From: Planctomycetota bacterium
GTDB taxonomy: Bacteria; Planctomycetota; MHYJ01; WSZJ01
Direction: 5' to 3'
NCBI GenBank assembly: GCA_038060895.1
Contig: JBBTCT010000002.1
Location: 64,001 to 128,000, forward strand
Length of the DNA stretch: 64,000 nt
Every line of letters starts with the position of its first letter. The stretch's first letter is position 1. The position numbers and the translations under genes are program-made. Under the pieces are notes generated by a model. That model saw only the letters and a program-made list of their open reading frames with translations. It searched no databases and was not told the origin of the DNA. Positions 9,294 through 18,701 of the stretch are shown piece after piece.

Positions 9294-10901
9294 ATGGCGT
9301 TCGCTTATCCGACGGCGGGTGAAGTCCCGGCGGCGCACTTTCAGCCGGAATACGCCGGGTCGCTTCGTTACCTGGTCGACGGGCAAGTCAAATCCTGGAG
9401 CGGGAAGGCGGAGCCCGTCGAGAGCTGCATCATGCTCCGGCCGGACGGAGGCGGAGCTCCCTTGCGGCACCGGATCGGGATGCTGCCGCGGATGGACGAA
9501 GCGGCGGCGCTGACGGCGCTCGACGCGGCCGTGCGCGCGTGGGATCGCGGGCGCGGCGAGTGGCCGACGATGCCTGTCAAGGGACGCATTGACGCGGTGC
9601 GTCAATTCGCGAAGCGGATGGTCGAGAAGCGCGCTGAGTGCGTGCGGCTTCTGATGTGGGAGATCGGGAAGTCGCTCAAGGACTCGGAGAAGGAGTTCGA
9701 CCGGACCGTGGATTACATCGAGGCGACCGTGAACGCGCTGAAGGATCTGGACCGCACCGGCAGCCGCTTCGCTATCGACGGCGGCATCGTCGGGATGGTC
9801 CGCCGCTCGCCTCTCGGTGTGACGCTCTGCCTGGGTCCGTTCAACTACCCGCTCAACGAGACGTTCACGACGCTCATCCCCGCGATCATCATGGGAAACC
9901 CCGTCGTGATGAAGCTGCCGCGCTACGGCGCCCTGTGCGCGCTGCCGCTTCTCGACGCGTTCCGCGACAGCTTCCCCAGGGGTGTCGTCAACACGCTTTC
10001 CGGCGACGGGCCGACGACGGCGGGGACAATCCAGAAAACCGGCAAAGTCGACGTGCTTGCGTTCATCGGTTCGTGCCGCGCTGCCGACATTCTCAAGCAC
10101 GACCACCCGGCGCCGCACCGGTTGCGAAGCGTCCTCGGGCTCGGGGCCAAGAACCCCGCGTTCGTGCTGCCGGACGCGGACGTGGATCTCGCCGCGGCCG
10201 AGGGACTTGTCGGTTCGCTGTCGTTCAACGGGCAGCGGTGCACCGCGCTCAAGCACTTCTTCGTGCACCGTTCGATCGCCGAGGCGTTCGTCGCGAAACT
10301 TGCGGCGGGGGTCTCTGGACTCAAGGTCGCGCTTCCCTGGGAGGACGGCGCGAAAATCACGCCGATTCCCGAGCACGGCAAGGCGGACAAGCTGTGGGGC
10401 TACGTCGAGGACGCGGTGAAGCTCGGCGCGAGAGTTGTCAACCCGGGCGGCGGCGAGCGCGAGGGAACGTGGTTCCGCCCGGCGGTCGTATTTCCCGTCG
10501 TCAAGGGCGCACAGCTCTGGTCAACCGAGCAGTTCGGACCCGTCGTGCCCGTCTCGGTCTACGACCGCGACGAAGAACTCTTCGACTACGTCGTCGAGTC
10601 CCCCTACGGCCAGCAGGCCTCGATCTTCGGCCGCGATCCGAAAAAGGTCGGCGCGCTCGTCGACGTCCTCGTGAACCAGTTCTGCCGCATCAACCTGAAC
10701 GCCCAGTGCCAGCGCGGCCCGGACTCGTTCCCGTTCACGGGGCGCAAGGACTCGGCCGAGGGCACGCTCTCCGTCACCGACGCGCTGCGGGTCTTCTCAA
10801 TCCGCGCGATGGTCGCCGTGAAAGAGGGCGGCGAGCAGATCGTGAGCGACATGCTGACACAGCGCGCTTCGAACTTCGTCAGGACCGATTTCCTCTTCTG
10901 A
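9294..10901 (+). CDS. gapN: NADP-dependent glyceraldehyde-3-phosphate dehydrogenase (ALDH family)
   Basis: GPFNYPLNE, FNGQRCTA, EQFGPV, FPFTGRKDS; GGAGG RBS. Confidence 0.85.
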   Translation: MAFAYPTAGEVPAAHFQPEYAGSLRYLVDGQVKSWSGKAEPVESCIMLRPDGGGAPLRHRIGMLPRMDEAAALTALDAAVRAWDRGRGEWPTMPVKGRIDAVRQFAKRMVEKRAECVRLLMWEIGKSLKDSEKEFDRTVDYIEATVNALKDLDRTGSRFAIDGGIVGMVRRSPLGVTLCLGPFNYPLNETFTTLIPAIIMGNPVVMKLPRYGALCALPLLDAFRDSFPRGVVNTLSGDGPTTAGTIQKTGKVDVLAFIGSCRAADILKHDHPAPHRLRSVLGLGAKNPAFVLPDADVDLAAAEGLVGSLSFNGQRCTALKHFFVHRSIAEAFVAKLAAGVSGLKVALPWEDGAKITPIPEHGKADKLWGYVEDAVKLGARVVNPGGGEREGTWFRPAVVFPVVKGAQLWSTEQFGPVVPVSVYDRDEELFDYVVESPYGQQASIFGRDPKKVGALVDVLVNQFCRINLNAQCQRGPDSFPFTGRKDSAEGTLSVTDALRVFSIRAMVAVKEGGEQIVSDMLTQRASNFVRTDFLF

Positions 10902-11025
10902 CTTCCCGATTCCTGCTGAAGAAGATGAGACCGGCGGCGTCATACAGGTGCAACGGACCTGAGTGAACCGGCGGATCGCAACGCTTCCCCGAACCCCCGC
11001 GGGGCGTGGCGCGACCGCCGGTATC

Positions 11026-12483
11026 TCAACCCGGCAGCTTCATCTGTGTCGTCGGCGAGCCGCCCTTCGCCGCTTCCTGCGGGAACGTCAGCGTCACCGT
11101 CGTCCCCTTGCCCGGTGTGCTTTCGATGGTCGCTTCCCCTCCATGGAGCGCCGCGACGCTCTTCACGATCGCCAGCCCAAGTCCTGTGCCGCCCATGCGG
11201 GAGTTTCGCGCGGTGTCGGCTCGGTAGAAGCGATCGAAGACCTTGGACAGGTGCTCGGCGGAAATGCCGGCGCCCGTGTCGCGGACCTGGACGAGCAGGC
11301 GGCCGGGCTCGTGAAACGCGCGCATCGTGATCGTGCCGCCCTTTGGCGTGTACTTGAAGGCGTTGGTGACGAGGTTCGAGACGGCGCGCTGGAAAAGGGT
11401 GCGGTCCACGCGAGCCGGGAGCGGCGCCGGGCAATCGACGGCGAGGGCGACGCCGGCCTCCTCGGCCTGCGCGGCGTGGTAGTCGCGCATCGAGGCGAAC
11501 TCGGTTGCGACGTCGAGGTCTACGGCCTGCGGTTTCGTCCGGTCCGCTTCGGCGCGCGCGAGGAACAGAAGCGAATCAACGATGCGTGTCAGCCGCTCCG
11601 CTTCCTCGAGGCACGACGCCAGGACGTCGGAGTATTCCGTCGCGGTGCGGTCGCGGCCGAGGGCGACCTCGGCGGTGGTGCGGAGGTTCATGAGCGGGGT
11701 GCGGAGTTCGTGGGCGATGTCGGCGGAGAAGCGGGAGATCTGGTCGAAGGAGCGCTGGAGGCGGTCGAGCATGGCGTTGAATGTGAAGGCGAGGTCGTAG
11801 AGTTCGCTGGGGAGTCCGTGCAGGGGGATGCGTTCGCCCAGGGACGTGGAGCGGATGTGCTCCGCGGTGGCGGCGATCGCCGTGACGGGGCGCATTCCGG
11901 CGCGGGCGATGATGTCGCCGGCGAGGGCGCAGGCGAGGAGCGCGAAGGCGCCCACGACGATTGCGAACTGCCGGAACCTCGACGTGAACTGGGCGTCGCG
12001 GCCGCGGTCCAGGATCGCGTGCAGAGTCCAGACGCCGGCCGCTTCCGAGAATGTCGTGACCGACACGCGGAGTTTGCGTCCGTCCCCTGAAGTGATGTCC
12101 GCGGGGCCGAAGGGCGGCCTGGGCATCACTTTCAGGGCAAGGCGAGCCGATGCGCCCGGTGTCTCGTAGATGGCGCCCGAGGGCGAGATCGCCCGCAGGT
12201 AGAACGGCTCGGATTCGCGCGTGCCGGCGCCCCGCTCGATTTCCTCCAGGAGCGTCACGGCGTCGCCCGGGCGGAGCTGGATGCGCGCACGGACCTGGTC
12301 GAGCCGGTCGCGCAGGAACTCGTCGTCCTCGTGCTCGAGGGCGCGGGCGAGCGTGAAGTAGCACGCGACGACGACCGCGAGCACGACCGCGAAGGACGTC
12401 CCCGCGTACCAGAACGAGAGACGGATCGCCAGCGAGCGACGGCGCTTCCCGGCCGCTCGCGGCGCTTCAGGCGTCGAGGGCAT
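11026..12483 (-). CDS. Heavy-metal sensor histidine kinase (CusS/CzcS-like)
   Basis: 2 TM, HAMP, FSADIAHELRTP, N/G boxes. Confidence 0.9.
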   Translation of the reverse strand: MPSTPEAPRAAGKRRRSLAIRLSFWYAGTSFAVVLAVVVACYFTLARALEHEDDEFLRDRLDQVRARIQLRPGDAVTLLEEIERGAGTRESEPFYLRAISPSGAIYETPGASARLALKVMPRPPFGPADITSGDGRKLRVSVTTFSEAAGVWTLHAILDRGRDAQFTSRFRQFAIVVGAFALLACALAGDIIARAGMRPVTAIAATAEHIRSTSLGERIPLHGLPSELYDLAFTFNAMLDRLQRSFDQISRFSADIAHELRTPLMNLRTTAEVALGRDRTATEYSDVLASCLEEAERLTRIVDSLLFLARAEADRTKPQAVDLDVATEFASMRDYHAAQAEEAGVALAVDCPAPLPARVDRTLFQRAVSNLVTNAFKYTPKGGTITMRAFHEPGRLLVQVRDTGAGISAEHLSKVFDRFYRADTARNSRMGGTGLGLAIVKSVAALHGGEATIESTPGKGTTVTLTFPQEAAKGGSPTTQMKLPG

Positions 12484-13135
12484 AACCCACCCCGCGGACG
12501 GTGCGGATCAGCTTCTTGTCGAAAGGATCGTCCACCTTTGAGCGCAGGTGCCGGACATGCACGTCGATGACGTTGGAGACGCCGTCGTACTCGACGTGCC
12601 AGATGCGCTCGCTGATCTGCGCGCGTGAGAAGACCTGGCCGGGGGCCTTTGCGAGGAGCGACAGAAGCGCGAACTCGCGTGGCGTGAGGTCGAGGGTCTT
12701 TCCGGTGCGCGATGCCTTCTGCACGGATTCGTCGATCTCGAGGTCCGCGACCTGGACCTTGGTCGGGCGCGTGCCCACCCCGCGGCGCACGAGCGACCGC
12801 AGCCGCGCCACCAGTTCCGCGAACGAAAACGGCTTCACGAGATAATCGTCCGCGCCGAGTTCGAATCCCTTCACGCGGTCCGGCACTTCGTCCCGCGCCG
12901 TGAGCACGAGGATCGGGGTTCCGCGCCCTTCCTTGCGCAGCTCCGTCAGCACGCTCCACCCGTCGCGCTTCGGCAGCATGATGTCGAGCACGATGCCGTC
13001 GTACGCGTGCTCGCGCGCCAGGCGCAGCCCTTCTTCGCCGTCGGCGGCGTGGTCCACTTCGAAGCCGCTCTCGCCAAGCCCCTGCTTGAGCGCGGCGGCC
13101 GCCTTTTCTTCGTCTTCGACGACCAGGAGTTTCAT
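12467..13135 (-). CDS. Heavy-metal response regulator (CusR/CzcR-like, OmpR family)
   Basis: LDIMLP, GADDYLVKPFSF, SNVIDVHVRHLRSKVDDPFDKKLIRTVRGVGY. Confidence 0.93.
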   Translation of the reverse strand: MKLLVVEDEEKAAAALKQGLGESGFEVDHAADGEEGLRLAREHAYDGIVLDIMLPKRDGWSVLTELRKEGRGTPILVLTARDEVPDRVKGFELGADDYLVKPFSFAELVARLRSLVRRGVGTRPTKVQVADLEIDESVQKASRTGKTLDLTPREFALLSLLAKAPGQVFSRAQISERIWHVEYDGVSNVIDVHVRHLRSKVDDPFDKKLIRTVRGVGYALDA

Positions 13136-13166
13136 AGGGTCGCCCGCGATTGTACCGGGGAAGCGA

Positions 13167-14033
13167 TCATCGGGGGCTGCCCGGCTTCGTCCGGTTCTGC
13201 TCCCTCCACTCCTGCCACTGCTCATACGTGGAAAGCGACAGTCCGGTGGATTCCTGCAGGGCCCTCAGGGAGCAGGCCCGCGCGGCGTCGAGGGACGCCG
13301 AAGTTTTTGCTCCGGCGGGCAGCGGCCCGAGGATGGCGACCAGCGGTTCGATCGCGGCCGGATCTCGGGCACGCAGGGCCTGGATGGCCGAGTAGATCCG
13401 AAGCGACGGGTCTGGTTCGGCGCTCCACCACTTGCGCAGCGGGGCGATCGCCTGGGGAACTCCTGGTTGCGCGGCGTGAGTGCGCCCCGGAGCGCCGGCG
13501 ACGGAGCCATCGGCGTTCTTTGCGATTGCGAGCCCGCGCTTTGCGAGCAACTCACGGCAGTTCGCGAAGGGTAGTTTCAGGGAGATCGACGGATTGACGA
13601 CATTCCCGGGCGCGGGATCGGCGGGATCCCAGTACTTGTCAAGCGAGTCGAGTTCTGCCGCCGAGGCAAAGAGCGCGTTGACCGCCGACTTGCGGACGAA
13701 GACCTGCCGGTCCTTGGCTAATCCGGACAGCAGCCGGACGGAGTCCACGGTGCGAAACCCGTTCCAGGCGAGGATCTCTAGAAGCCGCGCAAGCTTGATG
13801 CGCTTCACGTCGTTCGCGACAGTCGTAGGCCACAGCTTCAACACGGGCGGAACAGCGGCGGGCCCGAGCCAGGCGGCGTGCGGGAGCAGGACATTAAGGT
13901 CTGGGTCGGGCATGAACAGCGCGGCTTCGTACGAGTCGAGCACGGACTTATCCTCGGACGGCAGCGGTTTCTTGCTGCAGCCGGCGACGATCACGGCGGT
14001 GAGCAGGGCGAAGGCGGGGCCGCGCAAGAGCAC
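13167..14033 (-). CDS. Lipoprotein with HEAT-like repeats (start uncertain)
   Basis: Lipobox VIVAGC; D..VFVRKSAVNAL; ALQESTG..W..W end. Confidence 0.6.
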   Translation of the reverse strand: MLLRGPAFALLTAVIVAGCSKKPLPSEDKSVLDSYEAALFMPDPDLNVLLPHAAWLGPAAVPPVLKLWPTTVANDVKRIKLARLLEILAWNGFRTVDSVRLLSGLAKDRQVFVRKSAVNALFASAAELDSLDKYWDPADPAPGNVVNPSISLKLPFANCRELLAKRGLAIAKNADGSVAGAPGRTHAAQPGVPQAIAPLRKWWSAEPDPSLRIYSAIQALRARDPAAIEPLVAILGPLPAGAKTSASLDAARACSLRALQESTGLSLSTYEQWQEWREQNRTKPGSPR

Positions 14034-14118
14034 TTCGGGAATTCTCCTCAGGGTTTCGACGGGAGAATACACGAGGGCGCAAGCGGCCGCACCATCGACC
14101 GTCAACGCGCGCCGCGCG

Positions 14119-16971
14119 TCATTTCTGCGCGCGCTTCTTCGCTTCCTTCAGCCGGTCCAGGTACCCGCCTTCTGCCACGGGTGGTGCTGGCTCCGCAGGC
14201 TTCGGCAGTTCCGCGGGAAGTTCGATTTCCGGCGCCCGAAACCCCGTGGGCGATTCCGCCGCCGGTGGCGCGGGTTCCCGTGCGGCCACAGGAAGCGCGT
14301 GCGCCTTGGCCGAGCGGAGCCGTTCGACGACGGCGTCCGCTTCCGTCACGACGGCCTTGATCCTCTTCCTGAGCCAGGCGTCGGGAATCCCGAGGCGGCG
14401 GGCGGCGACGTCGAGGAAGAGGCAGGAGAGGGCGAGGATGAGGAGGAAGCGCCAGAGTTCCTGGGGGACGCGGGCGGGGGCGGCGGTGTGGCGGAAGAGA
14501 TCGGGTTGTTTTTCGAGGAGGATGGGGCGGCCGCCGGTGAGTTCGGCGAGCCGCTTGAGGAGGGCGTGATTCGGGGAGGTCGCGCGGAATTCGGCGGGAT
14601 AGGGGATCAGGATCGGGATGCTGGCCTTCGGCGCCCACTCGCCGCCTTCCTCTTCAGCGATCGTCACGAACCACGAGCCCGACTGCGTGGCGGGGACATC
14701 GACTTCGTAGCGGCCGGGTCCGGTCTGGCGGACGGGGACTTCGAGGGAGCCGGCAGGCCCCGCGACGAATGCGCGAAGCTTGAGGAAGTCGCGGAAGCGG
14801 CCGTCGGAGCCGACGGCATCGACGCTGAGGTGGGCGCCGTTGGAGGTCAGCGAGGTGGCGACGGAGTAGGCGTCGGACTGCTGTTTCCGGAGGAGCCACC
14901 GCACCATCTGCGGCCAGAGCGTGCGATACCCGGGCCAACCGACCCAGTTGGCGGACCAGCGCGAGGTCGCGTCCGAAGTCCACGCGATGGAGCGGCCCAG
15001 GCCGTAGTGCCATTTCGCGAGAAGCGGATCGTTTTCCTCGGCCTCGAGGTGAACTTCCGCGGTCGGCTTCGGCACTGTTGAAACCCAGCCGAGAAGCGAC
15101 GGCGTCGAGTCCCATTTGACGCCCTCCATGAACTGTGCCGGCCGCGTGATCGTGGGCGTGAATTCTCGTTCGATGATCGTGGAGCGGGCGGCGGTGACGG
15201 TTTCCTCGGAGAAAAGCCGCGGGAGGTCCATCGGGTCGTCGGTGATGTAGTAGCGGCCGCCGCCCAGGGCCGCGATCGACTCGAGCCAGGCGGCGTCGCC
15301 GTCGGTGGGCTGGCCGATCGCGACGACGGAAAGCGTGATTCCCTCCGCGCCTGCAAGCCGGATCATCTCCTCGACGCCCTCGTGCTCCTCGGCGTCGGCC
15401 GCGTCGGCGAAGAGAATGGCGTGTCGCGCCTGCGCGGTGGCGGTGGAGAGTTCCTCGAACATGTCGCGGATCGCGGTGGCGCAGTAAATGCCTCCGCCTC
15501 CCTGCTGGAGGCTCATGATCGTCGCTTCGATTCCTTCGCGATCGTCGATCTGCTGAAGCGGAATGAGCCAGGTCGTCGCGGTGTCCGTCGTGCAGACGGC
15601 GATCTGGTCGCGTTCGTTGAGGACGCGGAGGCATTCGGTCGCGCCTTCGCCGGCGAGCTCGAGTTTCGTGCGGCCGTCGGAAACCCTCGCGGACATGGAG
15701 CCTGAAGAGTCGATCGCGATGGCCATGGCGAGCGACGCGAGGCGCTTGAGCTGGCGGACGTCCATGTCCACGGGGAGGCACGTCTCGACAGCGGTGCGCT
15801 GCCACGCGCCCGACCCGAACGAGGCGTCGCCGCCGATCATCGCGAAGCCGCCGCCGAGGTCGTGGACGTACTGGCGGATCGCTTCGTGCTGCGCCTTGGA
15901 GAGCTGGCGCGAGTGGATGTCGCACATGAGGATGGCGTCGAACGCGTCCATCTCCGCCAGCGAGAGCGGAAATCCCGCCGGACCGCGCACCTCGACGTCG
16001 ATCCCGGCGTCGCGCAGGCAGCCCGCGAGCGCGTCGGCTTCGCCGTCCTTGCCGGCCAGGAAGAGCACCCGGCTGGGGCCGGAAACGCGGGTGTGCGCCC
16101 GGCCGACGTTGTTCTCGCGCCACGAGTCGCGCCCGTCGGGGACCTCGATGAACACCTCGAAGTCGAGCGCGCCGCCCGCCTCCTCCTCGGTCGCCTTCAG
16201 CGCGAACGTCTGCGGCCACGTTCCCTTTTTCACCGTGCGCTTCACCGGGGCGAGCGGCACGCGGTTTTTCACGATCCGGAAGACCGCTTCCGTCTCATCC
16301 GACGCCGTCACGATCGCCGTCAGCTCGTAAGGCTCCTTCGGCGACACGCGCGTCGGCGACAGCACGCGGTCCACCCGCACCTCCGCGCGCGACTCCCGTC
16401 CCAGCGCCGCCGTCCATACCTCCGCACCGCGCGCGCGCGCCGCCAGCGCTTCCGCCGCGGCGTCGCCCGAGTTCTCGTTCCCGTCGGAGAGCAGCACGAT
16501 CCGTTTCTGCGCCCATTCCGGGCACGCCGCGGCGGCAAGCCGCAGTGCGCGCGCGATGTCGGTCGATTCCGGGGAGATCACGGAGTGCACCTTGTCGAGA
16601 TTCAGCCGCGGCGCGGGCGAGACCTCGACGGACGCCTCTTTCCCGAATACGACCAGCCCCACCGACTCGCGCCGGCCGGCTTCCCTGGCCGTCTCCTGCA
16701 CCCACGCAAGTGCGCGCGCTTCGTCCTCCGTCGTCACCGAGCGCGAGCGGTCGATCACGAAAATGACGGCAAGCTCGTCCGAAAGACGGACCTGACGGAG
16801 CCCCGCCACGGCGAACGCGAGCGAGATGACCGCAACGGCGCGAAGGACGCTCGAGGTCCAGAAGCGGCCAGGGACGAGGCGCAGGCGAGTGGACCGGGCG
16901 AGATAAATGACGGGGACCAGCGCGAGAAGCGCGAGCAGGCCCCAGGGGCGCGTGAAGTCGAAGGGAATCAT
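14119..16971 (-). CDS. Membrane protein with two VWA domains and a glutamine-amidotransferase-like domain
   Basis: DRSRS and DSSGS MIDAS motifs, LLSDGNEN, GGGFAMIGG, YGLGRS. Confidence 0.85.
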   Translation of the reverse strand: MIPFDFTRPWGLLALLALVPVIYLARSTRLRLVPGRFWTSSVLRAVAVISLAFAVAGLRQVRLSDELAVIFVIDRSRSVTTEDEARALAWVQETAREAGRRESVGLVVFGKEASVEVSPAPRLNLDKVHSVISPESTDIARALRLAAAACPEWAQKRIVLLSDGNENSGDAAAEALAARARGAEVWTAALGRESRAEVRVDRVLSPTRVSPKEPYELTAIVTASDETEAVFRIVKNRVPLAPVKRTVKKGTWPQTFALKATEEEAGGALDFEVFIEVPDGRDSWRENNVGRAHTRVSGPSRVLFLAGKDGEADALAGCLRDAGIDVEVRGPAGFPLSLAEMDAFDAILMCDIHSRQLSKAQHEAIRQYVHDLGGGFAMIGGDASFGSGAWQRTAVETCLPVDMDVRQLKRLASLAMAIAIDSSGSMSARVSDGRTKLELAGEGATECLRVLNERDQIAVCTTDTATTWLIPLQQIDDREGIEATIMSLQQGGGGIYCATAIRDMFEELSTATAQARHAILFADAADAEEHEGVEEMIRLAGAEGITLSVVAIGQPTDGDAAWLESIAALGGGRYYITDDPMDLPRLFSEETVTAARSTIIEREFTPTITRPAQFMEGVKWDSTPSLLGWVSTVPKPTAEVHLEAEENDPLLAKWHYGLGRSIAWTSDATSRWSANWVGWPGYRTLWPQMVRWLLRKQQSDAYSVATSLTSNGAHLSVDAVGSDGRFRDFLKLRAFVAGPAGSLEVPVRQTGPGRYEVDVPATQSGSWFVTIAEEEGGEWAPKASIPILIPYPAEFRATSPNHALLKRLAELTGGRPILLEKQPDLFRHTAAPARVPQELWRFLLILALSCLFLDVAARRLGIPDAWLRKRIKAVVTEADAVVERLRSAKAHALPVAAREPAPPAAESPTGFRAPEIELPAELPKPAEPAPPVAEGGYLDRLKEAKKRAQK

Positions 16972-18701
16972 CGGCGCACCCGGGCTTCAAGCGCGGAGAC
17001 GGCGCCCGCGAGGCTCGCCGCGGCGATGGCGGCCGAGGCGGCGAGGAAAATCAGGGACGCCAGGAGGTGGGGCTTCGCCATCGATCCGTCCGACGCCGCC
17101 GAGACGCTTCGGAGAATGATGCCGAACGGATTCAGCGACGTCAGCAGGGGGGCGCTTCCCCGGAACGGCAGCGCGGCGAGGGAAGGCACGGCCCAGAGGA
17201 CGAAGAGAGATCCGGCGGCGGCGGCGGCGGCGCGCTGGGGGCGGCCGACGGCGAGGGAAGCGGCGCAGGCGAGGGTGAAGGGGACGACGAGTCCGGCGAG
17301 GAAAGCGGCGGCGGCGAGGGGGCCGAAGCGGCCGAGGGTGACGGCGGCGAAGGCGGCGTGGAGGAGGGCGACGGCGAGGGCGGGGGAGATGGAGCGGAGG
17401 GACGCGAGGACTTTGCCGCGGAGGATTTCGCGAGCGGGGAGGCCTGTGGCGAGGAGGATGGGGAGGGTTCCCTGGTCGCGTTCGGGACCGAGGGTGGAGG
17501 CGCCGGCGCCGATGGTGAGGATGATGGCGATGAGGAGATCGAAGGTGAGGAGGAAGTGTCCTGCCGCGGGCGGCGCGGCGCCGGAAGCGGCGAGACTGAT
17601 GACCCAGTAGAGGCCGTTGGCAGCGAGAGAGCCGCCGCAGACGATGGCGGCGAACACGGTGAGCACCTGGCGAGCGGGACTGTCGTCGAACGCGCGGTCT
17701 TTCCAGTACACAGGATTCCCGCTGATGGGGAGGCGGGAGTTGCGCCAGGGCGCGAAGGCCGGTGAGGGCGGCGCGACCGCCGGGGGACGGGGCGGGCCTG
17801 AAGCCGGCTGGGCCAGGGTGACCGGCACCATGGCGTTCGCCGGTGCCGCCGGGCGCGCGAAGAACGCCATCGGAATTGAAGGCGAGTCCTTGCGCGGCGG
17901 AAGCGCGAGCCCGCCGCGGCTCCGGGGAGAACGCGCGTTCCGGAGAACGGTCGAAGCGATGGCGAGCGCGCCGGCCGCTTCCGCCAGATGCGCGCCCCAC
18001 GCCAGTCCCCTGTCGATCCAGGTCACGGAGCGGGCCATGAAGGAGTCGCGGATGGCGACGGACCAGGGGCAGAGGAGCGAGAAGGCGGGAAACGCCCAGG
18101 ATTTCCCGGCGAAGCCGCCCACGGCCGCCATGGCGAACATTCCCAGCACGGCGGAGAGCGCGCTGAACATGATGAGCGTGACGAGGGCGAGGCCGGTGGC
18201 GGTGCCGGCGCGATCGCTGGAAGCGGACATGAGGATGGAGATGGAAGCGGCGAAGAAGCCGTGGAGCATGAGGCCGATGGTCGTGGTGAGCAGGAGGAGC
18301 GGCGTGGTGCCGCCGAGGAGGAGGGAGGCGACGCCGACCGGAAGCCCGGCGGCGAGCGTTGCGGCGGTGAGTGCGCCGTTGGCGACGAGCTTCCCGGCGA
18401 CGATGTCGAAGTCGGTGACCGGCGCGACCGAGAGCAGGTCGAGCGTCGCGCGTTCCCGCTCCCACGCGATCGCGGGGGCCACCATCGCAGGAATCAGCAC
18501 GAATCCCGCGACGAACTCTGACCAGAAGAAGATCTGGAAGAGCGCCTGCCCGCGGACCTGGAAGCCGGACGCTTCGCCGGACCAGGGCCACGCGATCGCG
18601 GCGGCCGAGGCGAGGAAGACGGCGAGGCCGGCGCGCAGGGCCCACGTCCGCGGGGAGCGGGAGAGGTGGATGAGTTCGCCGGCGAGGATGGGGGATCGCA
18701 T
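16968..18701 (-). CDS. ABC-2 type permease (internally duplicated)
   Basis: IAWERERATLDLL and ERDQGTLPILL motifs; multiple TM. Confidence 0.8.
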   Translation of the reverse strand: MRSPILAGELIHLSRSPRTWALRAGLAVFLASAAAIAWPWSGEASGFQVRGQALFQIFFWSEFVAGFVLIPAMVAPAIAWERERATLDLLSVAPVTDFDIVAGKLVANGALTAATLAAGLPVGVASLLLGGTTPLLLLTTTIGLMLHGFFAASISILMSASSDRAGTATGLALVTLIMFSALSAVLGMFAMAAVGGFAGKSWAFPAFSLLCPWSVAIRDSFMARSVTWIDRGLAWGAHLAEAAGALAIASTVLRNARSPRSRGGLALPPRKDSPSIPMAFFARPAAPANAMVPVTLAQPASGPPRPPAVAPPSPAFAPWRNSRLPISGNPVYWKDRAFDDSPARQVLTVFAAIVCGGSLAANGLYWVISLAASGAAPPAAGHFLLTFDLLIAIILTIGAGASTLGPERDQGTLPILLATGLPAREILRGKVLASLRSISPALAVALLHAAFAAVTLGRFGPLAAAAFLAGLVVPFTLACAASLAVGRPQRAAAAAAGSLFVLWAVPSLAALPFRGSAPLLTSLNPFGIILRSVSAASDGSMAKPHLLASLIFLAASAAIAAASLAGAVSALEARVRR

